Shown: positions 9,210-21,890 of the stretch, one piece after another
Layout of the letters: every line of letters starts with the position of its first letter
Numbering within the stretch: the stretch's first letter is position 1
Source: Trypanosoma brucei
Taxonomy: Eukaryota
NCBI GenBank assembly: GCA_000002445.1
Contig: CM000208.1
Location: forward strand, 3,008,001-3,072,000
Length of the DNA stretch: 64,000 nucleotides
Reading direction: 5' to 3'
Notes under the pieces: model-generated
What the model saw: the letters and a program-made list of their open reading frames with translations, nothing else
What the model was told of the DNA's origin: nothing
Databases searched by the model: none
Position numbers and translations under genes: made by a program

Positions 9210-11918
9210 TTAGCGCCATGGTCGAGGCATTGTGGCCCCATTTGATTGGGTTGGACTTTCAACTAACTGACAACAGCCCTGGGTCGCTGAGCATTGCTGT
9301 TGTTTGCGGCCACCACTAAGAGAACGCTGATTGTTACGGTACATTTCACTGTAGCCACCGGGTCGAGTGGTGATACTTAGCGGAATGCCCTCCTGTTGTT
9401 TCCATGATCTTGGCATTGAGGGTTTCCCATCGAGCTGTTGGACCTGCTCCTTGACGTTGTGCAGAAGATGCGTCCACTCTACATCCGTCTTTGGGGCCCG
9501 CCTCCTAATGTCGAGGAAGCTATCCAACTTTTCTGCCATCGTGTCGCGTTCCTGTCGTAGTGCCTCAGTTTCTTCTACTGCCCGCTCAACATCGCGCCTG
9601 GCTTCCTCAGCAGCTTCTCTCAACGCAGGTAGCACAAGTAATCGCTCCCGCGCATCCTCCAACTGCTTAGAAAGATGCTCTACACTTTTCATCTTTTTAT
9701 TGATTCGCTTTATTTCTTCACGAAGCGACTCATTCTCTAGTTTAACTTCGCGGTTTTGGGTTTGGAGCTGCAGATTCTTCTCTTCCAACTTCTTCTCATC
9801 ATCGGCTTCTTTTAAGGATTTCTGCTGCTGTTGCTCGAGTTCGGTTATGCGAAGTCGGGCTTTATGGAGTTTCTCTTGCAGCGTGTTACTATTTTTGTCT
9901 ATCTTCTGTACATCTTCCTTGTACTTTTGTGAATCATGTGTGTGCGTCTCCCGCTCCTTAGCGAGCTGCTGTTCCACCTCACACTTTTGGTCTTGCAGAC
10001 GATTCAACTCAAGTTGAAGCTGCCTTACCTCATTCTCGGCAGAATCACGCTTCTGCCGGAGATGATCTGCCTCTAAGTCCATTCTCTGTGTACGTTCTGT
10101 AAGTTGCTGTAAACGATATTGTTGCTGTTGGTTCTCCGTACGCAAACCAGCCAATTCCGCCTCTAATTTCGCCACAGTTGCCTCCACTGCCCGACGCTCC
10201 GATCGCTCCTTGTCGCGTTCTCGTTCTAACTCCCCGACTGCATCGAGTTGCTTTTGTAACCTACGCTGAGTGACATCTAGTTCGTGTTCAAGCCGTTTCT
10301 TTGTTTTTGCCAGGTCCTCCTTCATTGACCGCGCCATTTCTTGCTGCTGGCCTTCCGACTGCTGTTTGTAGTTCTCAAAGGAGAGGTCGCGGTTGTTTAG
10401 CTCTCGTTGAAGTGTTTTGGCACTTTCTTCCGCTTTATGCAGCTCATCCTTCAACCGTTGACACTCTTTTCGTGCCTTTTCCTGTTCCTTAGCTAGCCGT
10501 TCAGAGAGGTTCTCACAATCTCTCCTTAGCTTCTTGCAATCCTCCGTCATCTGTGCTATCTTCTCGCCTGACTGGCGCCTTTCTACACTTAGAAGCTCCC
10601 ACAACTCGTCTGCGCGCCGTGTCGACTCCTTTACTGTAATTTTATTTTCCCTCAGCTGGTCTTTGCACTGTCCCGCTTCCGCCTGCGCTGCCGAAATATC
10701 TCCGGTTAAGCGCTTTATTTGATCTTTCAGAGATCTATTGGTGGCTTTCAGTTCATTGATCTGTGCTTCATGTGCCTTCCTTTGCCTAGTTTGTGTTTCG
10801 ATAGCTTCTAAGGCGTCTGTCAGTTTGTCGGTGGTTAAGGCAAGTTTTTTCTGCGTGCACTCATGTTGATCCCGCGGGACCACATCACCTCTCCGCCGCT
10901 CAGCTTCCAACTTTGTAGAAAGGGTTTCATTCTCACCTTTCAACTTCGAGAGATGTTTCCACAACTCCTTGTTTTCAACAATAAGGGTATTAATCATTTC
11001 CATTGTTTCTTGCTCCGACACCTCGCTGAACGCAAGCATCTGCTCTTGAAGAGATGTTAGTACATCCTCCACGCCATTCAACTTCGATTCAAACTCCGCA
11101 ACGAGCGAAAGCACAGAGTTTCGAGTGGCAATAGCCGAAGCCTCGTCTTCTTCCTGTGCACGAAGTAACACACTAAAGGAGTCCGTTAGTCTGCCTGCAA
11201 AGGCTTTGTGCGTGTCGCGTATCTCATCTATACGTTGTTGCACCTCCCCAGTTGGAATGTACCGCGTACGGTCATTGAGCAAACGTTGAACCTCGCTCTG
11301 GTCCACAGTGGGCCGCTCGCGTTCTTGCTGCAGCTCACGACGAGCCCTCTCAACTTCCCATTGTGTCTCTTGGAGCATTGTTTTCAGACGGTCACACTCC
11401 CCACGCACATTGGCATGCTGCTGACGTTCGTGCACAAGGTGCTCCTCCAGCCGTTTTACACTACCCTCTGTTGCAGTTAGTTTTTCAACTGTTTCCCCGT
11501 ACCGCTGAGTCAAAGAACTAAACTCTACCTTTTGTTCATTTAGCTGCTTTGTCACGCGTGAGAGGCGTGAGTTCGTCTCCTTCAGCTCCTCTTGCATGAC
11601 ATCTGCCTCATGTTGTATGTTCTGAAGCTTCTGCTCCATTAAACCGCGGTGCAAGTCTCGAGTGCATGAGAGGCCCCCGATTACATCAGCGCCGTCGATC
11701 ACTCTTTCCAAGGGGGAGGAGGTGCCGCTACGGCGCCCAAAGGCGGATGCAGACCGGGAGGCAATACCAAGTTCCCCTTTTGGAGATGAAATATCTATGG
11801 TTCTAGGACCAGCACCTGGAGCACGGGACCCGCTTCTGTTCACACGCTCATCGGCTTTTCGTGATGGCGAACGGTCGGCATACAGTGAAGCGTCTTTCCA
11901 GCCGAGGTGCGTCTCCAT
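9210..11918 (-). CDS. Hypothetical coiled-coil protein (902 aa)
   Basis: About 700 residues of continuous heptad-like E/K/Q/L/R-rich sequence (e.g. LQQLTERTQRMDLEADHLRQKRDSAENEVRQLQLELNRLQDQKCEVEQQLAKE), with Ser/Arg-rich N- and C-terminal tails. No enzymatic motif recognised. Confidence 0.6.
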   Translation of the reverse strand: METHLGWKDASLYADRSPSRKADERVNRSGSRAPGAGPRTIDISSPKGELGIASRSASAFGRRSGTSSPLERVIDGADVIGGLSCTRDLHRGLMEQKLQNIQHEADVMQEELKETNSRLSRVTKQLNEQKVEFSSLTQRYGETVEKLTATEGSVKRLEEHLVHERQQHANVRGECDRLKTMLQETQWEVERARRELQQERERPTVDQSEVQRLLNDRTRYIPTGEVQQRIDEIRDTHKAFAGRLTDSFSVLLRAQEEDEASAIATRNSVLSLVAEFESKLNGVEDVLTSLQEQMLAFSEVSEQETMEMINTLIVENKELWKHLSKLKGENETLSTKLEAERRRGDVVPRDQHECTQKKLALTTDKLTDALEAIETQTRQRKAHEAQINELKATNRSLKDQIKRLTGDISAAQAEAGQCKDQLRENKITVKESTRRADELWELLSVERRQSGEKIAQMTEDCKKLRRDCENLSERLAKEQEKARKECQRLKDELHKAEESAKTLQRELNNRDLSFENYKQQSEGQQQEMARSMKEDLAKTKKRLEHELDVTQRRLQKQLDAVGELERERDKERSERRAVEATVAKLEAELAGLRTENQQQQYRLQQLTERTQRMDLEADHLRQKRDSAENEVRQLQLELNRLQDQKCEVEQQLAKERETHTHDSQKYKEDVQKIDKNSNTLQEKLHKARLRITELEQQQQKSLKEADDEKKLEEKNLQLQTQNREVKLENESLREEIKRINKKMKSVEHLSKQLEDARERLLVLPALREAAEEARRDVERAVEETEALRQERDTMAEKLDSFLDIRRRAPKTDVEWTHLLHNVKEQVQQLDGKPSMPRSWKQQEGIPLSITTRPGGYSEMYRNNQRSLSGGRKQQQCSATQGCCQLVESPTQSNGATMPRPWR

Positions 11919-13920
11919 GGAGGCACACTACAATATTTTCTATTATTTGCTCTGTGACTAGTAAACCACAACGAAGCAACAATTTGTAAAAGAGAGAGGA
12001 AGGAAAAAGAAAAAGGCAGCTTGTAGAAATAAAGTGAACGTGAGAGTAGTTCAACGGCAGCTCGGGGAGTTGAGAGAGAGGGGGAAAAGTAACACAAGGT
12101 AATTACCAACAAGAAACTCCAAAAATGAAGCAGAGATAGTCCAAACACATAGCTCTCCCTCTTTTTATCTCGGTTTGTTGTCTTCTGTTGGTGACTCGCG
12201 TCTTTTGTTTTTGTTTTCGCGTCAAACTTTGCTTTGCTTTGTTTTTTTATTATATTTTGTTATTTTTTTTTCTGTTTTTTTTTTTGCTTATTTGCTCTTC
12301 CCACTTATCCTCTTCTGTTCCTCAATTATTTTTTTTTGTTGGAGCGCAATAATATAAGTCAATCAAATAATAAAATGGAGGTGTTGAGGAAAAGCAAAGG
12401 AAGAAGGGTAGTGGCGGCGTATAGAGGGAGTACGTAGAAAATAAAACGAAAAATAATGAAAACAACAAAACAAAAACAATGATGATAATGGTAATACATA
12501 TAAGTAAATAAATATAAATAAATATAAATAAATAAACATATATATATATATATATGTATGTGGAGAAACGGGATGAAAAAGGTGGGGAAATCGCTACTGT
12601 TGATTGCAACAAGCCCCAACCACCCGGCTACCGTGCATCAACAAAGGAAGAACACGAAATAATGCAAATAAAAGTTAATGTCGACTGTAACAAATAAAAT
12701 AAAAGAGGACAGGTGGAAATGAGTTTTTCAAATCTTTTATTTTTGCGTCTTCAAATTGTTTTATTCGACACAGTTTGACGCCTGATTGTTTGCTTTTCCC
12801 ATTTTCACTCTTTTCTTTTTCCTGCCGTGCACTCAATTGACAGAAGATGGGGGAGTGGGAGAAAAAAAATACAGTGAGAAAAAAAAAAAACAACGAACAA
12901 CAGCAAAAAAAAAAAAAAGATCCACAAGTGTAACGCACGGCAACTGTGGCGCACATGCATGTCCCCACACACATATATAAATAAATAAATAAATATATGA
13001 ATGGTTGCGTCACAATACGGCACTGCTGTTGGTCTTTAACAGCGAAAAAAAAAAAACAGTGATAATGTTGAGGACGCAAGTGAAACGAGTAAGCGGCTCG
13101 ACAGAGTGAACTAGGGAACAAATGAAAAAAAAAAAAAGCAGCCAGCACTAAAGAGAATAATGACTGTAACAAACAGTAAATCCGGTTACTCGTCATTTTC
13201 CTCCTTTTCTTCTTGTTGAATTTGATGTTGTTTTCCCTTCGTTCTTCCTCCCTCTTTTTTTTTCTTTTTCTTTTTTTTAAACTCAATAAGACAAAGTCAC
13301 TTCATTCCCAATGAATGTAGTAATAACAACTGTACCACACTTGTTTTTACCCGGTGTTGTTTATTCGTGATTCCCCTTGTTGTGTTTATTTTTGTTTTAT
13401 GCTTAAACTTCAATTTAAGCAGAAGAAAAAGCGGATGATTTCCCTTCCTTCTGTTTTTTAATGCCTTTTTCTTCTGTTTTATTTTTTTTTAATTACTTTT
13501 AACTGTTGTTATTGTTTTCTTTTTGTTCGACCCTCATGAACCTGAGAGGTTTAATTTTTCTTAACAACGAAAAAAAAAAACATCATCTTGAAGCCGGTAT
13601 TGTTGTCATATTACCGTCGGTGTAACACATGTTACGACAATGATTATAAAATACCCTTCGATTATTTACTTCTACATTTACCCTCCCCAATCCCAATCAA
13701 TCCCTTTTGTTTTTCTTTTGCGTCTTTTTTCCTTTTCCTTTTTCTTTTTCTTCTTTCGTTTGACTACTTCCAACATTTCCTCTTCCTTTTCTTGTTTCTT
13801 ATTTGTGTATTATCATTCTTCTCACTTCATTTCTTCATCTGCCTCATCTCATTTAACTCACCTTTCTTTTCCAAACCCACATTTTGAGTATTTTCTTTTT
13901 TTTGTTTTCCTTTTTTCTTC

Positions 13921-13921
<1 letters not shown>

Positions 13922-13959
<38 letters not shown>
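13922..13959. repeat. (TA)19 microsatellite, followed by a degenerate TA-rich tail to about 13980
   Basis: Read directly from the sequence. Confidence 0.95.
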
Positions 13960-13965
<6 letters not shown>

Positions 13966-14812
13966 TACCTATATATGTATTTGTATTTGTGTGTTTGTAT
14001 GTTTTATTTTTTGTTCTTCCCCCCTCCTGGCTGTATCTTTCCCTATTTCCTCCATGCAATAATTCGATACGATGACAACAACCTGAAGGAGGTGTGGATT
14101 AACCAAAAGGGTTAATTTATTATTTGTTTCTTTTCTTTTTTTTTTGTGTGTGTGCGTATTTATGTGTGTCTGTGATTCCTGTTTTTCCTTTTCATCCCTT
14201 TCCTTTTCTCCTCCTGTTTTTTCTTTTTTAAATATGGAAGGGTAAAGGAAGGAATGTGAAATGAACACAACGGTGGACCACCGCTGCTAAACTACTCTCC
14301 CGCAGAGACACTACAAAAACGGTAAGAGACGCTACACAACTCTCGCTTCAGCACCGCGGCGAAATGCTCAAAAAAACAAAAAACAACAACAACAACAAAA
14401 AGAAGAAAAAAGAAAACGATGTGTGCACACTTCTTCAGAAAGGCTCAGGGTGGCGGAATAAAGGGGTTGAGGAAGAGATGCAAAAAAAAAAAAGAAGGAG
14501 AAAAGAGCCAGTACGATATCAAACTTTAAGAAGCACATCTCCCCTGACTTCCTGCCTGACCCGGTTTGTTCAGCATACACACACGACACTTCAAAATAAA
14601 AAAAAGGAGGGGGGGGGGAGGAAAGCGAAGTACTAATAACGAAGAAAGAAAAAAAACAAAAAAAAAGGCACGAAGGTAGTGACATGAGGCGCTACTTCCC
14701 AACAAATAAGATAGAAAAAAGTTTTCCCCATCACGATGAATACAATTCACCAGAAAAGCTGGTGGTACAACACATGATGCCATGCGGGCAGAGGCATTAC
14801 AACACGTGGTGT

Positions 14813-16237
14813 TTACCTCGCGTATGGCCAATTTAAAGGAACAGTGCCATCGTGTCCGGGTATTTGAGAGTTGTATAACTGCCATACATCCCCCAACGGC
14901 TGCGGCCGTGGCTGTTGAATGGTTCCGGTGCAACGTCGCTGCCCTGCGCCAAGAGTTACCACCGTGCTCAAAAACGAGCCATCAAAAACAGGTTGAACCG
15001 CCACTGCTTCAGCAGCGCCACGGGGGAGGAAAAGTAACGTTCCCACCGCAGCGGGATCATCCAACTGAGGAGACGGAGCAACGGTAATTGTCCGCGGAGC
15101 CGCTGCCTGTTGTGCCATGATGGAGACAAGTTGTGAGAGAAGAGTATTCATTTGATCTTGTGGAACTGTTCTGCCCGTTGTAGCGGAAGCATATCCAGTG
15201 CCGCAAACCCCCGCTGTTCTTAATGCGGCAAGTATTTCTTGGGTATTGGTGTCTCCCATTGGCGGTGTAGTGGCGGAGGGGCTACGTGGCCCTGAAGTTG
15301 GCTTCTGAGGGGCATTTTGTGGGAGACCACATGTTCCATTTAATCCTTGTCGAAGCGCCATTTGCACAACGGGACTTGGTTCAAAGGAGGGTGAACTAAC
15401 GTTGGGCACCCACCCGGATCCTCCATCGTGTCGACCTTCTTCTGGTGCTTTCCTCATCCCTGCGCTATGTTCTTCTTTATTGAAACCGCTGCCGTTATTT
15501 CCAACGACACTCTTTTTCCCCTTGATATTGTTGGAGTGCTGAGGAGATGTGCATGCTGAGGCATTTGGTTCAGCAACAACCTTTGGTGCACGCTTGAAGG
15601 CACCTTGTGCGTTTGGATCAACGCAAACAACATGGATAAAATTGCATCGTTCCCCAGTAAAACAGGTTTGGTTCGTTTCAAAGTACTTGCAGCGGATCAG
15701 CGGCTCAGCAATGTCATGACGGGCACAAGCTCCGCGCGTGTTAAGAACTTGTTCACTGGGGATTAAATTTACGGTAGTCATATCAGCGGAAAGAACCTCC
15801 AAAACTTCTCCGGCTGGTAGCCGTTCGTATGTACATTCACTCTCGTGGCGCCATATGTAATTCACATGAATGGGATGCGTCTCCAACGTGTTGTAATCAA
15901 CATCGGCATGAACAAATTTGCAACCGCTACCCATGGTGCATGAACTCGGCTCATATGATTTATAATTGCGGCAGGCCACCAACCGGGTAATATTCAACCG
16001 TGCTGATGGCATGTGCACTATGAGATGTGAAGGAACCTCATACAAACACTTAAACTCGGCGTCAAATACTTTTGTTAAATTAGCATTCGCACAGTTCTCG
16101 GTGCTGACACTCAACGGAAAATTTGTGCTTCCACACAACTCATTGCTTTGTTTCCATTGTTCCCAAATTTCATCAATTGCCCACATCGGCAACAACTCGT
16201 TGTCCATACTGTCCCCCTCGATAATATCCATCGTCAT
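14813..16237 (-). CDS. CCCH zinc-finger RNA-binding protein, the longest and most divergent paralog of a four-gene tandem array (474 aa). It has no C-terminal HNPY motif.
   Basis: Shares with the three downstream paralogs the block VFDAEFKCLYEVPSHLIVHMPSARLNITRLVACRNYKSYEPSSCTMGSGCKFVHADVDYNTLETHPIHVNYIWRHESECTYERLPAGEVLEV, followed by a second C-x8-C-x5-C-x3-H finger (CKYFETNQTCFTGERCNFIH). The C-terminus is a long Gly/Pro/Ser-rich low-complexity region. Confidence 0.75.
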   Translation of the reverse strand: MTMDIIEGDSMDNELLPMWAIDEIWEQWKQSNELCGSTNFPLSVSTENCANANLTKVFDAEFKCLYEVPSHLIVHMPSARLNITRLVACRNYKSYEPSSCTMGSGCKFVHADVDYNTLETHPIHVNYIWRHESECTYERLPAGEVLEVLSADMTTVNLIPSEQVLNTRGACARHDIAEPLIRCKYFETNQTCFTGERCNFIHVVCVDPNAQGAFKRAPKVVAEPNASACTSPQHSNNIKGKKSVVGNNGSGFNKEEHSAGMRKAPEEGRHDGGSGWVPNVSSPSFEPSPVVQMALRQGLNGTCGLPQNAPQKPTSGPRSPSATTPPMGDTNTQEILAALRTAGVCGTGYASATTGRTVPQDQMNTLLSQLVSIMAQQAAAPRTITVAPSPQLDDPAAVGTLLFLPRGAAEAVAVQPVFDGSFLSTVVTLGAGQRRCTGTIQQPRPQPLGDVWQLYNSQIPGHDGTVPLNWPYAR

Positions 16238-19200
16238 CCAGTGGGTCGGGAGGTGTCACCTCACCCTTCTTTTTTTCTTTTATTTTTTTGCCTTCTGTGG
16301 TAAAACCACACCTTCCCTTCACAATTATTGTTTCCTTTCCCTTCCTTTTTGGTTTACACTATTTTTCTTCGCTTATTCACTGTAACTTTGGTCACTTTTC
16401 ACGCCTTCAGTTTGTCTCTCACCTCGTTGACCTTCAACCGCGCAAATGTGAAAAGGGGAAAGGACGTCAAAAGAAAAAAAAGAAGGGTGAGGTGAGGTTG
16501 AAACATACAAACACACACACACATATATATATATTAGTCGAGCTACCGAGGCATTTATTTTTTGTATTCAGCAGCAAATACTTAAATGCACATTTCCATA
16601 CTGTGTAACATAACACAAAGTATTATCACATGCATATGCATAAGCAGAAAGACAAATAAATACATTTAATTGCCAGCTTGCCATTCGCAAGTTATTTAAG
16701 GTTCCTCCTTTTTTTTCTTTTTTAGGAGGAGGAGGAGAACATTCCGTTAGTTTTCATCACACCAATTGCGTCCATAACCGACGTTTAGTCACCGCAAATA
16801 CGACATTTCCCCCCGTTTCTGCACGTCATTTACTATATATATATATATACAAATTATACTATATGCATCTAACTGTACAAAATAAAATATAAATGGATAA
16901 CTAAAAAACAAAAAAGAATAATTATACGGAGAGAGAGAGAAAGAGAGAGAGCGCGTATGTGAAACGTTTATTTGAGATGAAAAGTGACTCATGTCGACTC
17001 AATTAAACCATCATGAGAGGGGGGGGGAAGAAATAATTAAATAAAAAACAACAAATCACAGAAACAAAATAATGTTAAAAAAGAAAAAAAAAGAAAACAT
17101 TGGAAAAAAATGAAGTGTAGGAACAAAAAAAATGTTGGAAAAAACGACGAAATAAACAAAGTACGTAAAAAAAAAATAAGCAAATAAATAAATGGTGTGG
17201 AGCTTTTTTTTTTTTGATGAAAATAGGAAGGGATACTGAAAAAACATACCAAGAAAAAGAAAAAAAAGGCAAAAAAAATAATCCCAATAAATAAAATCAA
17301 GTAAAGGAGATAGAGAGGGGAATGAAAATAATGAAAAAAAAAAGATCCAAACGACCCACTGAAAAAGAGAAAAGACGAGGGCAAAAGCAAAGGCAAAGGA
17401 GGAAGAAGGTGACAGAGACAGTTTCAAAAAATAAAAAAAAATAAAAAGGGGAGGAGGGGAATTAGTTGGTGGAGTGGAGTGTAGGAGGAATAAAAAAGAA
17501 AAGAAGAATGGAAGGAAGGAAGGAAGGGAAGTAAAGAAAAAAAAAGAAGGTAAAATAATATAAGTAATATAAATGATATAATTATATACGCACATGTCAG
17601 GCAGCTTCAAAAATAAATAAACAAACAAATAAACAGAAAGAAGGGGACAAAAAAAAGTTTTTTTAAAAAAAATTATGATATAAAGATAAAATGAGTAAGG
17701 GGTTCGAGTTATATAAAAATGGTGGAAGCGACCGCAACGCGTTGAGGCCCCGAATGAACGGAATGAAAATTACCGGCAGTGCTGCTGATTTCACACACAC
17801 ACCACACACCACACACGCAAAAAGAAAAAAATAAATAAAAATAAAAATAGACAGACAAACAACAGCCACACAAACAAACACTTCCCGTAGATTAGAGAGT
17901 ATAAAAAGGTACCAACTTATAAATTCCGTGGCCCGTATTCACGTTGAAGGAAAACAAAAATATATATTAATATTATTAATAAGTAATGAAAAATGTGCGG
18001 GTGGTAGGTGAAGAGACAATAAATTGGCATAATGAAAACTCACATAATTCTACTCGCTTCCCACATATTCGCCGCAGAAATACGCGCATAAAAATACGCG
18101 ACAGTGAAATCAGGCGTGTCAGTGGTTGCGTTAGTTCGTATTTATTTTTTCTTTTTTCTTGTTTTGTCTTATTTTTCTTTTTATCTTACTTGACTTTTGC
18201 TTTGGCATCAAAGAAGGATTGGAAAATTATGTGGGGAGGGGAGAAACGAGGATAATAATAATAATAATAAAGGGAAGGGAGTGACAATGGGAAAAGGTAA
18301 ACAAGAGGGGAAACTAAGTTAAAGTAATAAAAATATGAAAGTAAAGGGTAAAAAGTCGACACAACAAAAATGAGAACGTGTGTAAATTAGTGGCCCATTT
18401 AAAAACTTAAAGAAAGAGGGAAAAAAAGAGTAAAGTAATGTTTATTTGTTCGCTGCGTATTTATTGGCAAGTTGAACGATGCAAAAATAGGAGAGAAATT
18501 ATGTTGGGGCATAGGGAATAGTTGCTCCGCCTCCCCACCCTCTTTAGAACCATCAGCATCGTGTTTTGTTCTCTTTTTTTTCTTTTTTTTTTCATTTTAA
18601 AGGTTTCTTGTAAATGTTGCTATAGTATATAATGAAAGGTAATAATCCCACAAAAATAAATGCAAACATTTATATATTCATACATTCACACAAAAACACT
18701 GCTTTTCGGAGTTGGCGGAGGGATATGAGCGTTTTTAAAACCACACGTATGCGTTAGCGGAAGATGATACGCACAAAATAAAGTTTAAAAGAAAGGAATT
18801 GGGTAAAAACAAAAAGAAAAACAGAAACAAAAAAGGAAGGGAAGGGAAGGGAAGGGGAAAAAGAAAAGAGAAAAAGGGATGATGCATGCCCGGGGAAACA
18901 TATAAATGGATATGCAAATATATAAACATATATGCAAGTGTCAGATCATATAAAAATGCAAACATATATAAGTGTCAGGTCATATAATGACTTAAACAAA
19001 CACATATATAAATTTATATACATTAATTTACTTATACATATTTTTTTTTTAAAAAATAACAAAAATAGTTTAGGGAGGAGTAAGACAAAGACGATAAGGA
19101 AACAAAAAAAAATATTCAAACACAAAGCTCAAGTGTCACATTATTTCATTTCATTTCATTTCTTTTGTTTTGTTTTTTTTCTTTTTTTAAAAAATACCAC

Positions 19201-20669
19201 CTTTTTTTTCTTTCCTTTCCTCCTCTTTTTCTTTACCTTTTTTTTCTTTCAAAAATGGGGTAGTGAAAAGAAGCGTCGAAGGAAATTATATTGATAATAA
19301 TTAAACACTAAAATGAGAGAAAATAAGTAAATAAACAAAAAAAGCAATCACAACATGATGAGATGAGGTGTACATAAGGGGAAACTCATGTCAGTCGTGT
19401 TTTGCCTTGTTTGACCCCGGTCATACGTGTAGAAGTGGAGAAATAAAAATAACGATAAGAAAAAAAAAGAAAAGAAAAAGAAACAACACGACACAGAACA
19501 AGTAATGTTACGTATATGTTTTTTCTTTTGTTTTCAACACACCAAAACAAAATAAATAAATAAAAGAGGGGGCGTAAGGTTGAAACTAGTTATGCGTATT
19601 ATCATTCGGAAATGGAAGCGACGAAATGTTTAAAGGAAAATAAGTTAATTAAATAATAGAAAAATGGAGGGAAATGCGGAAAAGCTCTCGTCATTGGCCT
19701 ACATTTCATATTTGACCTCGAGGCACGTTATTTTTCTTAAAATTTTTGTGTTATAAATGCCGAAACGACAACGCCAATAATTATGGTTGTATAATGTGAA
19801 AGGAGTTAAAACCAATAGGAAAAAAAGACAAAAATCAGAAAAAAAAAGAAGGAGGATGGAGGGAGAAAAACAAAACAATATATCAGTAATAATTCAACAA
19901 ATAAAACGCTCCTCAAAAAGTCAAATATGTCTCATAATCGGTACCCTTCTACAACATATAAAAAAAACCAATTCCCCACAGTCGTATAGTTCGTGGCTAT
20001 TTTCTTTGCCTTATATTCAAGTTTCTCCATCTTTTTTTTCCTTTTCACATAAACCACAAATGTATGCACATACACGCCGATGAAGAGCCCTCTTTACCCC
20101 TCCCCCCCTTTTTTTTTTAAAAAAGAAAATTTAGTTCTTTCTTCATCCCATGAATCCGCTCAAATAAATAAGTAGAAAGACAAACCAAAGACAAAAAAAA
20201 ACTTAAAGACAATCCCAATAAAAATAAATAAAATAATAAAAAAATATATACTTATTATCTTATATTATTTCCTCCACCCCCTTTTTTTCCCCCACTGTCT
20301 TGTCTCCCCTCTCCACTCCAAAACCCACGCAATGTCCCCCTTTCCGTTGTCATATTTCCTTCATCAGTTATCCTCTTGCTTCGTATTTCTCTTTCAATTC
20401 ATACGTGCACTCGTATATTTTATTGTACTTACTCATAACCATATATATAAAGATATGCTTGTACGTTTGTTTATACGCACATAGGTTATACACAAAGGGG
20501 AAGTCAAAAGGCAGAGAGACGAGTAACGAGAAAGAAAGAGAAAGAGAGAGGAATAGAGAAGGAGAAAATAAAAAGGCACACATATACAAACATATATATA
20601 TATATATATAAATGTTTGTGTGCTTGTGTGTATATGTATGCATTGCTGTATGGATTGAAATATTCATCT

Positions 20670-21620
20670 TTATGACCTGCAGAGAACAGGATAGTAAGGA
20701 TTATGGCAATATGAAGCGGGCCGTGAGTTGGTTGCCATGGCGCTCCGTCTGGAGACTGAAGCATCGCTGAAGGCTGCAACAAGTGTCGGTCGGCTCTTCA
20801 CGACGGTACTCGTGCGGACGCGTGCGGTCACTCGGCATCGTGGAATTACGCTGCATGTTGCTGGAAGTGGCTCACCAGCGGCATCTACACGAAAAGACAA
20901 GGCGGTGTAACCGCCTGCTCCCATGGATAACGCTGGCGCCTCACGCTCCGGTGACGAAATGCAGAAGTCGCTTAACATCGGAGTCCCGCTTGCAAACGTA
21001 CGCGGCATCTTTTGAGAATCCGTGGCACTCGCGACTGCAGGGGACCTCGGCGTTGGAGTTACGGCTGCGGTACGGGCGGGTGCCCGTTTAAAGTCACCCA
21101 CAACAGTCGGGTCAACACAAAGTGTATGAATAAAACTGCATCGCTCGCCACGGCTGCACATTCGGTTGGTTGTATAAAGAGGGCAACGCATCAGTGAGTG
21201 CGGGAGTGCATTATGGTGTGCCACTGACCCGCGTGTGACGAGGACAAGTTCGCTGGAAATAAGTTCATGCTCTTGAGGGTTTTCCTGTGAGCAAACCTCC
21301 AAAACGTCTCCAGCTGGTAGCCGTTCGTACGTGCAATGGTCCTCATGGCGCCATATGTAATTCACATGAATGGGATGCGCCTCCAGCGTGCTGTAATCAA
21401 CATCGGCATGTACGAAGCGACAACTTTCCTCCTTTGCGCAGGAGTTTGGAACGCCAGATCTGTAATTGCGGCAAATCACAAGGCGGGAGATATTCAACCG
21501 TGCTGGTGGAACATGTAAAACAAAGTGGGCGGGCACCAGGTAAAGGTACTTGAAGTTGGGATCAAATACCTCCATGACGCCGTTTTGAACGTATTTGGCG
21601 CGATTGTCCTGCGATGACAT
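20670..21620 (-). CDS. CCCH zinc-finger RNA-binding protein paralog (316 aa from the MSSQDNRAKY start) with a C-terminal YCHNPY motif
   Basis: Same two-finger core (EVFDPNFKYLYLVPAHFVLHVPPARLNISRLVICRNYRSGVPNSCAKEESCRFVHADVDYSTLEAHPIHVNYIWRHEDHCTYERLPAGDVLEV; CPLYTTNRMCSRGERCSFIH). Start chosen at cat 21618-21620. The track ORF's extra 89 N-terminal residues (to 21887) are F/L-rich and AG-rich low complexity, translated from the upstream polypyrimidine tract and 5'UTR. Confidence 0.75.
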   Translation of the reverse strand: MSSQDNRAKYVQNGVMEVFDPNFKYLYLVPAHFVLHVPPARLNISRLVICRNYRSGVPNSCAKEESCRFVHADVDYSTLEAHPIHVNYIWRHEDHCTYERLPAGDVLEVCSQENPQEHELISSELVLVTRGSVAHHNALPHSLMRCPLYTTNRMCSRGERCSFIHTLCVDPTVVGDFKRAPARTAAVTPTPRSPAVASATDSQKMPRTFASGTPMLSDFCISSPEREAPALSMGAGGYTALSFRVDAAGEPLPATCSVIPRCRVTARVRTSTVVKSRPTLVAAFSDASVSRRSAMATNSRPASYCHNPYYPVLCRS

Positions 21621-21789
21621 ATTTCCACTTCCTTGTCTTTTCTTTTCCTCCCTTTTTTTTTCTCCTGCTTTCCTTTTGCAAGCGTTTCCTGTTGTCACGT
21701 TCAAACCGTTATCCGCTGTGCGATGCTTACTTTGTTTTAACTTTAAGAAACTGAAGATGAGTGTATTCGGCTTAACTTTGATATTTAAA

Positions 21790-21890
21790 CCAAACCAGGT
21801 TTGCAAAAAATAAAAAAAGGGGGGAAAAAATTGAAATCCATGAATATGCTTCAGAAAGAGAAACAGATAAGAAAAGTATGCACACAAACC
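21790..21890 (-). promoter_or_regulatory. Coding-strand polypyrimidine tract (purine-rich on the plus strand), the likely trans-splicing and upstream-polyadenylation signal for the zinc-finger gene starting at 21620
   Basis: The plus strand reads ...caaaaaataaaaaaaggggggaaaaaattgaaatcc...cagaaagagaaacagataagaaaag. Kinetoplastid SL trans-splicing needs a polypyrimidine tract on the mRNA-sense strand upstream of the AG acceptor (established knowledge). The placement is my inference. Confidence 0.4.

Noticed and set aside
17037-17628. Low-complexity ORFs in the spacers (e.g. 17037-17628 F/L-rich, 12675-13286 K/R/F-rich, 13588-14062, 22313-22916, 23536-24045, 27502-28002)
   Set aside because: They are translated from homopurine/homopyrimidine and microsatellite tracts, and their extreme composition (poly-F, poly-K, poly-L) shows no coding periodicity.
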